Positions 50,953 through 64,000 of a DNA stretch of 64,000 bases are shown here, one piece after another. The DNA is from Octopus vulgaris (Eukaryota): assembly GCA_951406725.2 (NCBI GenBank), contig OX597815.1, positions 135,656,001 to 135,720,000 on the forward strand, written 5' to 3'. The first letter of the stretch is position 1, and each line of letters starts with the position of its first letter. Made by a program: the position numbers and the translations under genes. The notes beneath the pieces are model-generated. The model was not told the origin of the DNA and did not search any database. It worked only from the letters and a program-made list of their open reading frames with translations.

Positions 50953-53841
50953 TCAATGCTTCTTTGTCCATTTTCGTAAAATGAATTTGTCTTCGTGTCG
51001 GTATTTTTCGAATGTCGCGGATTTAGTGTGGATGTAGTTATTATTTAAGATATTTGTTTTTCTTCTGTGAATAGACCACATGCATTCCTGCCATTTTCAT
51101 AATATTTTAATATAATTTGACGCGTTTACCTCCAATGATGAGATGTAGAGTTTTCCTACACTCTACTTTTCAATGTTGTTTTTTTGCATGCAGAAGTATG
51201 ATTTGAAAATCTTTCATAAATTTTTATTTGATCATACGAAGTTTTAGCATTGTTGAATTAACTTCAGCTTCATGTATATTGGTCTCTGCGTTGCATGACC
51301 AATTCAGCTAACATTTGTTTGTGTACCTACATAAAAAATCGGCCTAAGTAAGTATCGCAGAATTATAGGATATAATTCTTCAGAAGCTTTACTTGATAAA
51401 CCCTTATCCAATGCCTATACATGTAGAAAATTATCCAGTTGGCACAATAACTTGCAGATGCACCATCATAAAGAATATTATATCCTACACTTTTCCCCCT
51501 TAAAACTAGGGTCAAGTGCATGTATATGCCACCATATATAAAGTAGACGTACCCCCAACAAAATACTCAAGTATATTACTCATACGCTACATAGGCAGGA
51601 TTGACTGAATGTTTAAATAGAGGTATTACAATCATTATTTCTCTTTTACACGCATAAAAAGAAAAATATGACGAAATTATCCAATTATCTCTGGTAATTA
51701 ACTTAAACGCCTCCAATTACAACATCAAAATGAAGATAAATGACTGATTGCGGCTTTGCAAGAACGGTAATAAAAAATGTGATCTCTGGCGACTGATTTA
51801 GTAAAAAGGATATTTAATATAGAAATTTGTCTGCTGTTAGCGTGTGGTTATATTAAAGTTATTATCTAAGTACATGTGATGTGTGGACACTGCTAGAATT
51901 GTTGTCCTTGGTAACTAGTTTATTTCAGTGTTTTACTGTTTGCGTTTTTTAACACTTTGAGTACAAATACTTGCTAGTTTACTGCTTTTCTTTGGTTTAT
52001 TTTCTCTTATTTACTTGATACTGGGTTTTATTTCAGTTGTGTGTCGTTTAGAACTTATATTTGAGGTTGTCTCAGTAACTTTTATATATCTTGTTAGTTA
52101 TTTTTCTTACTGTTGCAGATATTTATTGCTTTAAAGGATACCATTTATAGAACAAAACCTGCAATAACAATATTTTATTGACTGTCTGTGCAGGCATATC
52201 TATTGGTGATTGTGGTGGATTTGAAATCATTCAATTATGATTCTATCTCTGAGTAGAAGAGGTTTTACCAAGCTTTGTTTTGAAGTTTATAAATGTAATT
52301 TTATCTTGTTCCCGAATACGTTGCAATGCTGATGAACAAATGCGTAGAGGAGAATTGCGGAATCGTTTGGTGTTGTTGCTATTTTTGTATATATCTAGGA
52401 CTTCATCGTTTAATATGAAATTTTAGTTTTGAAAGACTACAATGTGAGGAGTTATAGATTTGGTTACTGTTTCAGTAGGTCACATGACCACGTAGTGGCT
52501 GCTCTGTTGGCTTTATTGCTATTTTGTGGTTGTGATTGCTTGTTTTAGGGAGCAGAAAGAAATGTGCAGAACGGAATTATTGACGTTATTTCGTTGAAAT
52601 ATATTGGCGGTTTGTGTGTTTCCTTTTGTAGAGATTTTATGCCAGGATATGTTGAATGTACTGAGATCTCCTCTAATAACAATACTTAATAGCGTGTTAA
52701 AGTGCTGGTGTTGTTGAGTCTCGGGTTAACTGTATGAACAGATTAAAATCAAAGACGCGTTGATTCCTAAGTCGCAGGGTCCTGAATTAGAGTCGTAGAT
52801 TTGTTTTTGTTGTGTAATTTCAATGTGAATGTTATATATCGTACTGTTTCAGTTGTTTTGTGAATGAGTGTTTTGTGTATGATGTATTTGGAGTTTTGAA
52901 TGCCAGTTGTTTTAGTTGGTGTTGTTGTTGTATAGCCCTATGTCTGTCCTGACCAACATATTTACGAATAAGAAGTATTCCAATCATTACCAATCGGTAT
53001 TCATTTCTGGAAACGGGTTTCTAGATCTATTCTTGTTTAAGACGACTCATGTAATAGAAGGGGAAATTGGGACTACTCTTTTCAGCAGGTTGACCAACCA
53101 TATAAGACCTTCATTGGTAGCCTGATACTTCCATCACTGTTGTAATATGATATGCAATCCATAAATGTGAAAAAATATCCCAGAGATACAATCTAAAACT
53201 AGACTAGTTTGAGGAAGATAATGGCGGTATTTCCTGTTATCTGTATTATATTTTGTCCTGATTCAAAGTTTGTTTTCGGGAATTTTTGGTGTTTTACGAT
53301 GTCTATTTTGGAAGTTATATCTTTTCGATCGAGAAAATATAGTTGCATCATACAGTTATAGACGGTAAGTGAAAATATTGATGATCGCGATGATCGTATA
53401 ATGATAATGGTAGTACTTTTACTCAATATTGATAATTTTGCCGCCAATTTGTGCATTTCCTCCTCCCACCGTTTCTCAAATAGTCAGGAAACTTCGGCCT
53501 TTATTCCCTTGAAACTACTTCATTATTCACCCTTCTCTCCCCTACCTACGCCTGTCTTTCCTTTCTTTTTTCCTCTCTGCTTTACTTTACTATTCTTTTA
53601 TACTTCTGCCATCCTTCCTGCCTTCCACCCATTCTGTTTCTCCTTCCTGTCTTTCTTTTCTTTTATCTTTTCTCTTTCCATCGCAACCTAATAAACATTA
53701 CGCAAAGTATTTTTGCATTTTGCTTCCCCATTAGTCTTTGTGTTATATATGAAGTTGTTGTTCGCTGTTTTTATGTTGTTATTCTTGTTAAAGAGGTTAT
53801 TTTTGAAACTGCTACTTCAGTTCTCAAAATTCCTAAAATCT

Positions 53842-53885
<44 letters not shown>

Positions 53886-53938
53886 ATATTATATACACAC
53901 ACTATATATATATTCACAAACATTATATATGTATATAC

Positions 53939-53981
<43 letters not shown>

Positions 53982-54442
53982 CACAATATATATATATAAA
54001 TACAAACACACACGCACATATATATACGCAATATATATATACACGCACACGCACACAATGTGTATATATATATGCGCGCAGACACAATATACATACACAC
54101 ATTATAGGTACACACATACACACATACACACACATACACACACATATATATACTTACGCACGCACATATACTCGCACACACACACACACACTCACACACG
54201 CACATATACGCACACACACGCACACATACACACAGATATATATATACAGACAGAGTGAGACAAGGAGATAGATAGATAGATAGAGAGAGAGAGGGAGAAG
54301 GAGCTCTCAAGGAAAAGCAATCAAAATATCTCAATGTATATAATTTCTGATATTATAATTTCTGGGATTCCTGTATTTGTCTCACCATTACTCCTCTTTT
54401 CATACGCACAATTTTCCCTTTTGTTTTACTCATCGTTGTTTT

Positions 54443-54497
<55 letters not shown>

Positions 54498-55372
54498 CCT
54501 TTCTCTGTCTCTATGAGTCTTTCAGTGTTCCTTTCCAGTATTCGTTTATCACTGTTTCTATCTCGCTTCCAAATCTCTTTTCCCTCCTCTCTCTTTTGTC
54601 TGTTCTTGTCTAACTTTTCCTTCTCTCCAATTCTCTGCTAGATCATCATTGTTTCTCTCTCATTTTTGCCTCACATCGTTTCTTTCTTTTGATTATCACC
54701 GATTAACTCTTCGTAATTCTCTGATTCTTTTTCCTTCTCTAACTGTATTCTCCTTCTCTGACTGTATATCCCGTTATTTCTCTACACATTGTTTTTCTCC
54801 ATTTTCTCCCATCCCATACTTCTGTTATCTGTCTATCTATCGCATCTAATCTTCTACCCATTCTCTCTCACTCTCATCTCAATTTTCTGGTATTCCTTTA
54901 CATTATTTTATATTGATGTCCCTATCGCTCTCTTTCTCATTCATTTCTCTTGTTTTTCGGGTCCTTTGTATATTTTCATGCACTCCCACAGCTTTGTGAT
55001 TGACATGCTTGAATACACACACGTAAAAACTTTTACGCACACTTTTTCTCTCTCTTTGACATACACTTTCATGCGCTCACATACATCATGCGTATGTATC
55101 GGTGAAACTCAGAGTAGCAATAGGTTGACTAGACAAAATAGAATATTAATTTCTACTGTGTTATGAGAGGTAATGGTGTCAGTGAGGCCCAAAGGTATCA
55201 GGTAATGCTGAATAAGTGCTATGGATAGATCATAGTTGAGTTCCAGGTTCGGTGATTATGCGAATAAGGGGTCCAACGTAGGTCAAATATCAGCGTGTGT
55301 ATATAAAAAAATTTTTTTCGTAATGAGATAAAAACCAAAGCTTTGTAGATTTTAGAACTTTTATAAAAAGAA

Positions 55373-55421
55373 GGTCTTACAGCTGTTTCTAGGATATTTA
55401 TTATATCCCTTCATCGGAAAC
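55373..55421 (-). ncRNA. Type I hammerhead-like motif (CCGAUGA core) in a pLTR remnant
   Basis: Minus strand reads gttt CCGATGA a gggatat-aataa-atatcct a GAAA cagctg TA agac. Confidence 0.6.
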
Positions 55422-56432
55422 GGTGTGAGAAGATGGTTAAGCAATAGTTAATTTAGATAAGATACGGAGTAGAGAGTGAGGTGGAGGAATGAAAATAGAT
55501 GTGAAATATGCAGGGATATTGTATTTGTAGATCCATTATTTAGGCAGAATGGTATATATATATATAATATTCCAATACCTTATGAGTAAAATCCAATAGT
55601 ATTTAGGATTGGTCATTCCAAGTATAGAGTTTATACACAGTGTTATTGAATCAAGAGTTATTAACACACTTTTCTCTGACAGTCAATACTAAACGTATAT
55701 GAGAAAAGACGGAACGGTCCCGGTTGAAATGCTGATCGATTGATACAGATTCAACATAGGGATGCGTAATGGCATTTCAACAAGATTATTTCCGTTACAC
55801 TGTCTTTTTATCAGTTAATTTTGAAAATATCGACAATGTTAATAAAATATCATAGGTATTATTAAGCCGGTGCTTGAACCATGAAGTAATATGAAACTTT
55901 GATGGAATGTTAATTTAGATCACGGATCTTTGCGGTTTTGTTTGCACTGTATGATTTTGTCCAAATTTTCTACGCTGAGCTAATTTTACATGCTAATTAC
56001 GAAAATCCCATTCTTTTTTTATACAAATTAATAATAAATACGGCAAATAATTTATATTTTGAAACTTAGCCAGTAGGAAGGCTCCATAATCAAGATGCCG
56101 GAAGTCGCGTTTGTTTGTCTCTATAGCAACAGTACCCACTTGTCTGCTTTTTGTTTTTAGGTGTTTGAACCAGTGCAGACCGTAGGGCTAGGGCTAGGGT
56201 TAAAACTAGGCTTAAAGCCAGAATTAGGGTGCAAGTATGACTATTGCGACCTTTTGCAAAACACTGAGTGCGTAGCAGAATATTGTTGTGACTTACTTGA
56301 ATTCTTTCTTTCATTTTGGACATTTCATTACATTTTTCCTTCCATATTTAAAAGCAATAGCATTTTCATTTTATTTCATTAATATTTTAAATGCTTAAAA
56401 GGGTTTTCATAATGGCTTTCTTTCATCAAATT

Positions 56433-56495
<63 letters not shown>

Positions 56496-56855
56496 GACAT
56501 AACGTCTTTCAAAGTTTCGTAAGGCTTTCATTTTCTTATCATTAAGATATGAAAATTATTATATTCGTTATGTTGAGACTCCTGATTGGCTAAAATTTCC
56601 AACTTTAAATTTGTGTGAAAATGAATGATTTTCGTTATTAACATGTAACTACACCAGTATTGGAAATTTGAACACAATAGACCTGTGTGAATGAAACTGC
56701 AAAGAGCCCGGAACACTTTAGACCAGAAAGTTTGTTTCATAGAATCAGAGTTGGTCTCAGGAAGGTTTGTGCCAAAAAGGTTGAAACACTGTCTAATGTT
56801 AAACAAAAGAAATTTGAAATCAACGTTCGTGTATGACACATACTTTAATGTGTGC

Positions 56856-56931
<76 letters not shown>

Positions 56932-59900
56932 GTGTGTGTGTAACAGCGGTCTAAAGAAAAAACACCTTTAAAAGAAATTTCATCATCATTCGCACAGACT
57001 GATATCACGATTATCCTATGTTACAACCACAACACAGTTCACCGCAATCGACACTTGTGCATTAAAGTGTCGGGTACGATGACTATAGAAAAGCATGGAT
57101 TTTAAATTAAAACCAAGACCACAGAAGACATTAAATATATTTCTACCACTTATGATCACACCATTGCACTATCACAGTTACATCGTTGGGAGGAAAAAGT
57201 TTCCGACACAAAGGCAATACAATCGTTGAAACAATAACATCAACTCTTAAGCAAGATTCCTACCACACATACCGAGCCGCTACAACATGGTAACCAAACT
57301 AAAGCACTTATTCATCATCACGATTTGATCCTTTGATTAAGGACAAAAAAACCCCAAAAAACAAAAACAAAACAAACAAATCAAAAAAGTAGAACAAACA
57401 AAGCGCATACAGACTTTACAAAAAAAAACAAGTTGCATTATTTCCACTAGGAAACAAGATCAAGGTTTGTTGATTTCAGCACTGCCGCAACGACCAACAC
57501 AGACGTTGCTATAAATGGATCGAACGAAATCACTGCAGGCACAACCATTAAACTTATCCTATATAAGGCAATATAAAACAGGCAAGCTCAGTTGTAAGAC
57601 CATACGTAACAAATATAATAAGAGTGAAACAGATAAGGAAAATAAACTTAAAAAATGAAAAAAAAATAATAATAATAGCATGCAAACAATTTTTGTGGCA
57701 TACCCAAGCAGTAAAATATTATATGATTGGCATCAGCAACCCCGGCAACAGTAACGTTACAAGCTATTTCACATACATGAAAAAAACCCTTTTAATATTC
57801 ACATTCCATCGATAAGCATTTGGCATTCATAAATATTTTTCTAAAATCAACTATCAAAAATCAGACAAAGAAGAGAGGCATATTAAATGCAAGATACATA
57901 CTTTCCGTCTAAACAACTTCTTTATAACAAACACCATTGAAGCTATTGGGAGCACCAGAACTCAAAGACCGTAGAGCTTGACAATATTTGGAACACAAGT
58001 AAAACACTTAAGGTTTGAAGCAATTATTACATTTATCAACTTCTTATATCAAAATAGCCATCTCCTCAGAATAAGGAAGCTAGAAATAAAACTCCAGTTC
58101 TAAAACTCAATAAAATGTCGCAACATCAAAAATCCTAGAAAGTCTCCTTTGACAGTACCATCACACAAACACCTCTCTCCAACTCAGATCATTGCACTCA
58201 AATAATATGGCAATTTTTTCCTAACTTCCATCGACATAAGCAAAGTTATCAATTCCATTCTCTGCTAACTACTTATGCACAAACTATTTAACACCGCCAT
58301 GAAACAACAGAAAATTCTGAATAGCTGAATATTTCTCAGATCACAGGATAATGCAAAGTACCAAAACAATATGCCAAGCGTTTTCCTTTTCCCTAAGATT
58401 CTCCGTAATAGACTGCAAAGAACATTAAACTGTTCTTCTCATCAGAAAATGCATGCAAGACAAAACTATACTCGCTTATGATACAAAACAAAAGTGAAAA
58501 AAAAAAGGAGATCCAAGTTGAAGATGGAAAGGGCGCAGTTACTTTACGCAGCATACTCTGGCAATTTTCGTTATCATCTGCGTTTTCATCCAACTCCCAC
58601 ATTCCGCTACAATTAAGAACCCTATCTCGAAACAAACTATCTCCTTAACTCGGTGCACACATATATAATACACGCGCCCGTACGCACACGAAGCAGCAGC
58701 GGCATTACTAAGTTAATTGGCTAAATCCCTGTACCAGGATATTGGCCACCAATAATAAATGCAAAGGAGATTCTGGTCGCATTCGCTTTATCTTTTAGTG
58801 CGGCTGTTTCCAAAATCTAAGAGAATTCACTATGAGAGTGGATAGTGAAGAGTGTACTTACGTCTATACTGCACCCAATTACTAATAACTATTACATATA
58901 GAATGAGGAATATGAATCTAGGATGGATGGAAGTATAGAAAGATAAATTTTGGCGAGGCGTTGTCGTTTACTTTCATTCCTGAAGGTCATAGACCTGTTT
59001 GATGATGCCTGGATTGATAAACAGATTAATGATGACATCAACGACGACCATCCCACTACCGCCAATGTCAACACAGCGTTCACGAACTGATAAAAAGAAA
59101 ACAAAACTTTTCATTACCATTGCCACATGTTCATTAACATCTTTAACAATAACACCAAGAACAGTCATAACAAAACTCTCACTTCCATTGCTTGTCTTAC
59201 AAGAATCAGCATCATCACCATCATCAATCTTTACCATCGCCAACTTTACTGCCATCATTACCATCACCGCACTCCGACTACATGCACTTCATCATCCTCA
59301 TCATCATCATTATCATCTGTGCCAAAATTTTCATCCTTCTTATAATCATCATAACCGCCACCCCCATCGTTGTGGTCATTATCACTGTCCATCTTCACAT
59401 ATTTATCGTTATATTGGCTGTCCTTGACACTATGACCATTATAATCGCGATCATCATTATCATTACCTCTGCCCCTAATTATAATCAGCATCATCGCCCA
59501 AAAGTGTCCACCAGCAGCACATCCATATATCTGATTGCATGCTGCCCAAGTGTGCATGTAAGACGTAACATGACACCTCTTACAACATTCAGATTTTAGA
59601 CAGCGGAGATTTACCCTTTCTAGATTTTAGCTTGGCACGAAAAGGTTGAGAGCATTGGATTAATATTGAATGCCATGTCACTTGACCCAGCGTTTCCGCG
59701 TAAGTATGTGTACATACCCATAATACACATCCTTGTCTTAATAAACTACACAAAATGCATACATACGCACACGTACATACATTATCAAAGACTATAACAA
59801 TAGTAACATATACATGTGAAATGAACAAAAATCAATTATGGTATACGTATCAAAATGAAATAATCAATGCAGATATTATCTTTCACCCAAAATACTATTA

Positions 59901-60626
59901 TATTTCTATGAGATAAAATTATGCAAAAAAGGACACACTTGTTTTCACTTCATCAGTTAGACCACAGAAGAGATAGTGAGAGAAATTAGATTCTACAGTA
60001 GATTATTAGTTGTGAGATGATAGTTAACGCATACAAGCATCCAATCAACAAAAAGTGAAAATAAAACAAGCTATATTAGGTGATTGTAAGAAGTACTGCT
60101 GTTTATAATTTGGTCATCTCGATATAGTAGTTAAAAATTATCAATGAAAAACTTCGATATTAAAAGTAAGAAGTTGTAGGTAAGATTAATAAGAAATTCA
60201 TCCAAAATCATCAAAAATTTAGAGAGAGATATGGAACAATCATTAATACTCATAGCAAATCCTATCTTAGGACGCTACAAACTCATTCTGGTGAAAAATC
60301 TATGTCAAGAAAATGTTTCTATCAGCAGTGTGGTTCAGAATGAATCCGATGTGTCGCACTTGTATTACACTAAAAGTATACAGTATCAATTGGGATACAC
60401 TTGTGACTGCGATATCAAAACTTTAAAACGATAAAAGAACAAAGGAGAAACTTGATCCTTGGATAACTTTAATATGAATATGCTAAACCATCTGACCAGT
60501 CTATTGGGATGTCTTAATGGCTTACCTAGCTTTCAATGGAGACATAATATTTACAAAACATGTTGGCATTGATGGGAATAATTTTGATTAATGACAAAAG
60601 AATAAACAATCTCTTATGAACCTCAC

Positions 60627-60810
60627 TAGCTTATAGCTCTTACTGCTATAAGATGCAGTAGACTCATAGATGAGTACCTGAGTATCACCTTATATCTTCA
60701 TCGAAGCCTCAAACATGAAGTAGTTCAAGGCTCCGATGACGCTATAAGGTGATGCCCAGGCACTCAAATATGAATCCCCTGCATCTTATAGTAGAAACAG
60801 CTGTAAGCTA
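60627..60810. repeat. Diverged inverted pair of hammerhead-bearing pLTR pieces
   Basis: Arms 60627-60714 and 60723-60810. The right arm reads ggct CCGATGA c gctataag...cttatagt a GAAA cagctg TA agct. Confidence 0.75.
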
Positions 60811-61877
60811 ATGAAGTTCATAAGATAATCGTTTACTTCGTTGTCTTCTTAATTTCATATTACCTCTCTGTACTCGGCTAACGTTTCGTTCTGAGGCATA
60901 TGAATACTGAGCTCTAAACCAGTTATTATCGCAATGCCTAGTGATAAACCGCTTACATAGCAAAAAGTCATTGACCGTTTGCTCATCAAAATTTAATGTA
61001 TAAAATGTATACATGCTGCCTGATCTTATCTCTTCAGGATCACCTTGATAGTAAAAAATATCGCCACAAAATACTAAATAAATAAAATTAAACGTACTTT
61101 GAGGCAGCGCTGAGTAACAAAAGTATGAGGTTTTAGGAGTTACTTTTTACAGTACGGTTGGATTACAAGAATGAATTAGATTTTGTTCATCACTCGTGTG
61201 TGATAAAGAAATCTGGAACTTTATGACTTGATGAAGTACTTAATGAGAATGCTTAATCAGGGCCATAGAGAATCTATTTTCCTCTTGAATCATCATTTCA
61301 ATATAGAAAGCGATCAGCTTATCCTTTATAGGATACTGTATTCTAGAAATGTTTAAAGAAGGCAGTCTTTGTGATATAACCTATAGTTTAAGTGAAACTT
61401 TTGTCATTTTAATTCAGGAAATCTAAATGGCTTAGATGCTTACATGTAGCTTCTTTGTGGACAACATGAAAGAATATCTGAAGTATATAAATGACATGTA
61501 TTTCATATCGTTCGTATATTTCTTACATATTAAAGTTTTTATCACCCTAGATTTAACTTATGGAGCAATCGATGCGATTCCTGCTTTGAAATGCATTTCT
61601 GATGTACTTCGTAAATATTGTGTACACATACATACACACTTGGGTGCTGGTGTGCATGCACACTTAAATAAAGAATAAATGCGGTTGGTATGAAAGCGGG
61701 ACAAAAGCTACTCAATACATGTAGAAGAGGTTGAATGAGTTTTTGAATAATTCGAAACTCGTGGTCCATTTTTTCCTCTACTCCGAGTTTCTTGATTGTA
61801 TGCATTTGGATAATTGCTAAAATGAAATCGTAGAAGCGAGCAATTCCTAAATCTTATAGACCGCATAATAGCTTTCG

Positions 61878-61918
<41 letters not shown>

Positions 61919-62051
61919 AAGAGTTGCATGCACATAAACATATGTGTATTCTTATATTTGTAGATGATTATAATTTTTTACCGCCAGTAATATACCTGTT
62001 TATTCTGAAATCAAGACACATGCTGATAAATAGGTACACATAATTTTATAC

Positions 62052-62117
<66 letters not shown>

Positions 62118-63743
62118 GTGTGTGTGTGTATGTGTGTGTGTGTACGAGAGTGGGAAACGTAAGCCCATCCTACTTTATTAATGAACCACCTGGTCTTTGT
62201 TTATGTTGTGGATTTAGGCGACTGACTTCTAATTTTTGTTCACCGGAAGAAGAGTAGTAGTGACAGTAGTGAATTTCGGTCAGTTTTTTTTTTCATGAAA
62301 CTTACTATCTTCTTACAAGGGCACAAAATAAAATATACATAAATGATGAAAGGTCTTTCACGATTCCAGTCATCATTAACCAATTTATCTTCACTATACA
62401 ACAAAAATCAAATAAACAAACACTGATAATGTCAATCACTACACTACACGACCTACAATATTGTGAATTAACGAAAGAATTTCTATTGGATTATATAAAA
62501 GCGTTAACAAATCTTTCACAGATACCTCTCTCCTGTTTTGAAGATGGATACATCGGATAATTTAGTCCCTGGTATACTAAAAGTCTTATTGGTCACAGCT
62601 GGAAGGACATTGATCATATATATACACAACTAGGGTTGTTATAAACATCACCAACGTTAACCGCTACTTGTGTCCGAGAGAGAACGTCTGTATAACAGGA
62701 ACATTAGTTGTGTGGGCACATCTGGGCGGTTGTCTGTCTACCTGGGCACCATAGTTTTGAGTAATGAGAGTGAAGCTAGGGCAACACCGTGGCTGTGTTA
62801 ACATCAGTACAACAGTCTGAAATCACTTCTACAGTGCTACCAGCACAACAGTCAATCGTTGTTATCACGAACACGTCAATAACTACTACAATTACACCCT
62901 TATATCACTAATAATACCAGAAAGAACACATCAGCAACATGCAATCACAACCACTACTACTAAATACCAATATCATCGTCACGGAAAACAATAACCTTAA
63001 GTCAACAAAGAAACATTTAAATGATCACCTTATCTACTAGGAGAGCGAACAAATTACTTTTAAATTACACCCTGGCGCTTCGCAAAAGAGAGGATTCAGA
63101 ATGCAGAAATCGTTGGTGCTTTGTTTGAATAAAAGTGGGATGTTCGTGATTGGAATACTCTTCAACAAAAGGTCTTCTTGATCACGCTGGCCTGGGGCTC
63201 ATTAACAACAACATAAGCAGTCTTACTACAACAATTCTTTCAATAGATCAGGTCGATGAATTTAGATTTCATCTACTTCATTCACTGCACGTAACTATGC
63301 CTAAGTCGGAACCTAAAAATGTGGCCCCTTAATCTGTTTCTTTTTTTGGTCTTGTTTAATTTAAATTTTCCTATTTTCTCGTTCACCATTATTTTCACAA
63401 TCAAAACTACCGACGATTAGGTTGCGGGGTTTAACGTCTGGAATGTCATCTTTCTCAGATTGTCACCTGTTGAGAAATGCTGTCAGAAAAACGTTAAGAA
63501 ATTTATTCTAAAAAGGGTTAGCAATGGGTATGAGTGCTGAAGTCCTATAGATGTTGAAAATTGGCGGTTTCGAAAAATTCCGTCTCGCTCGGTCGTACCT
63601 TGAACCGGGTCTGTTTGTGAGGCTTGGAGAGCGACAAAATTATTTTTACGCTCTCTCAATAAAGGTGTAGTGATTGTAAATGAAGAATTTGAATTCGTTA
63701 AAATTACGGGTAATTATAATAAACTGTTTCCACTATATATAAA

Positions 63744-64000
63744 GACCCTCTTCGGTCATGAATGACCATGGGATTACATCTAGAAAGTTCTCCGAGACAC
63801 AAGTTCGGGCAAGATTGTTTCTGGAAGACAGGCAGTTGCCCAAGCATACCAGACTTGCTTCTCCACGCCACCGACGTTGTCCAAGGGGAAAGCAAAGGCC
63901 GATGCAGCTTGGCACCGGTGACCTCGCTACTCATATCTACAGCTGAGTAAATTAGAGCAACGTCAAAGAGAGTGTCTTGCCCAAGAACACAACCCGGTCC
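63744..64000 (-). mobile_element. CORE-like SINE family D, running off the window edge
   Basis: Reverse complement is homologous to 36179-36432. Confidence 0.75.

Noticed and set aside
56183-56230. Interstitial telomere
   Set aside because: Only a few degenerate TAGGG units.
51850-58400. Faint LINE-like motifs (IVIRGDL, TFINF, RLPMKVLYG) at 52.2-53.1 kb (-) and 57.9-58.1 kb (+)
   Set aside because: Probably ancient LINE debris, but too degenerate to delimit or classify without an HMM search.
58974-59599. Thr/His/Ile-rich ORFs
   Set aside because: Decayed (ATC/ACC)n low-complexity sequence, open in multiple frames, with no splice or domain support.

Overview
This is AT-rich, repeat-saturated eukaryotic DNA, not prokaryotic. 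The SINE families and the (TA)n/(CA)n/(TAA)n microsatellite load look cephalopod (Octopus-like), which is an inference from pattern recognition. I found no intact protein-coding gene: the listed ORFs are microsatellite translations or broken transposon ORFs. The window holds (1) decayed DNA transposons (Tigger/pogo, two hAT, a rosa-like Tc1/mariner, a Helitron 3' end); (2) decayed LINEs (RTE with an inverted 5' piece, R4/Dong-like, CR1-like, Tx1/L1-like); (3) several SINE families, three copies with clear target-site duplications; (4) Penelope-like elements and their pseudo-LTRs; (5) possible non-coding exons of a minus-strand gene at about 13.2-17.5 kb. The most interesting signals are about a dozen type I hammerhead ribozyme folds from several unrelated families, many in fold-back inverted pairs. 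One family has a non-canonical G3:C8 core, and one forms a 358-bp tandem retrozyme-like unit. A ~555-bp non-coding element also occurs four times, always beside (TAA)n and near R4/Dong-like LINE copies.
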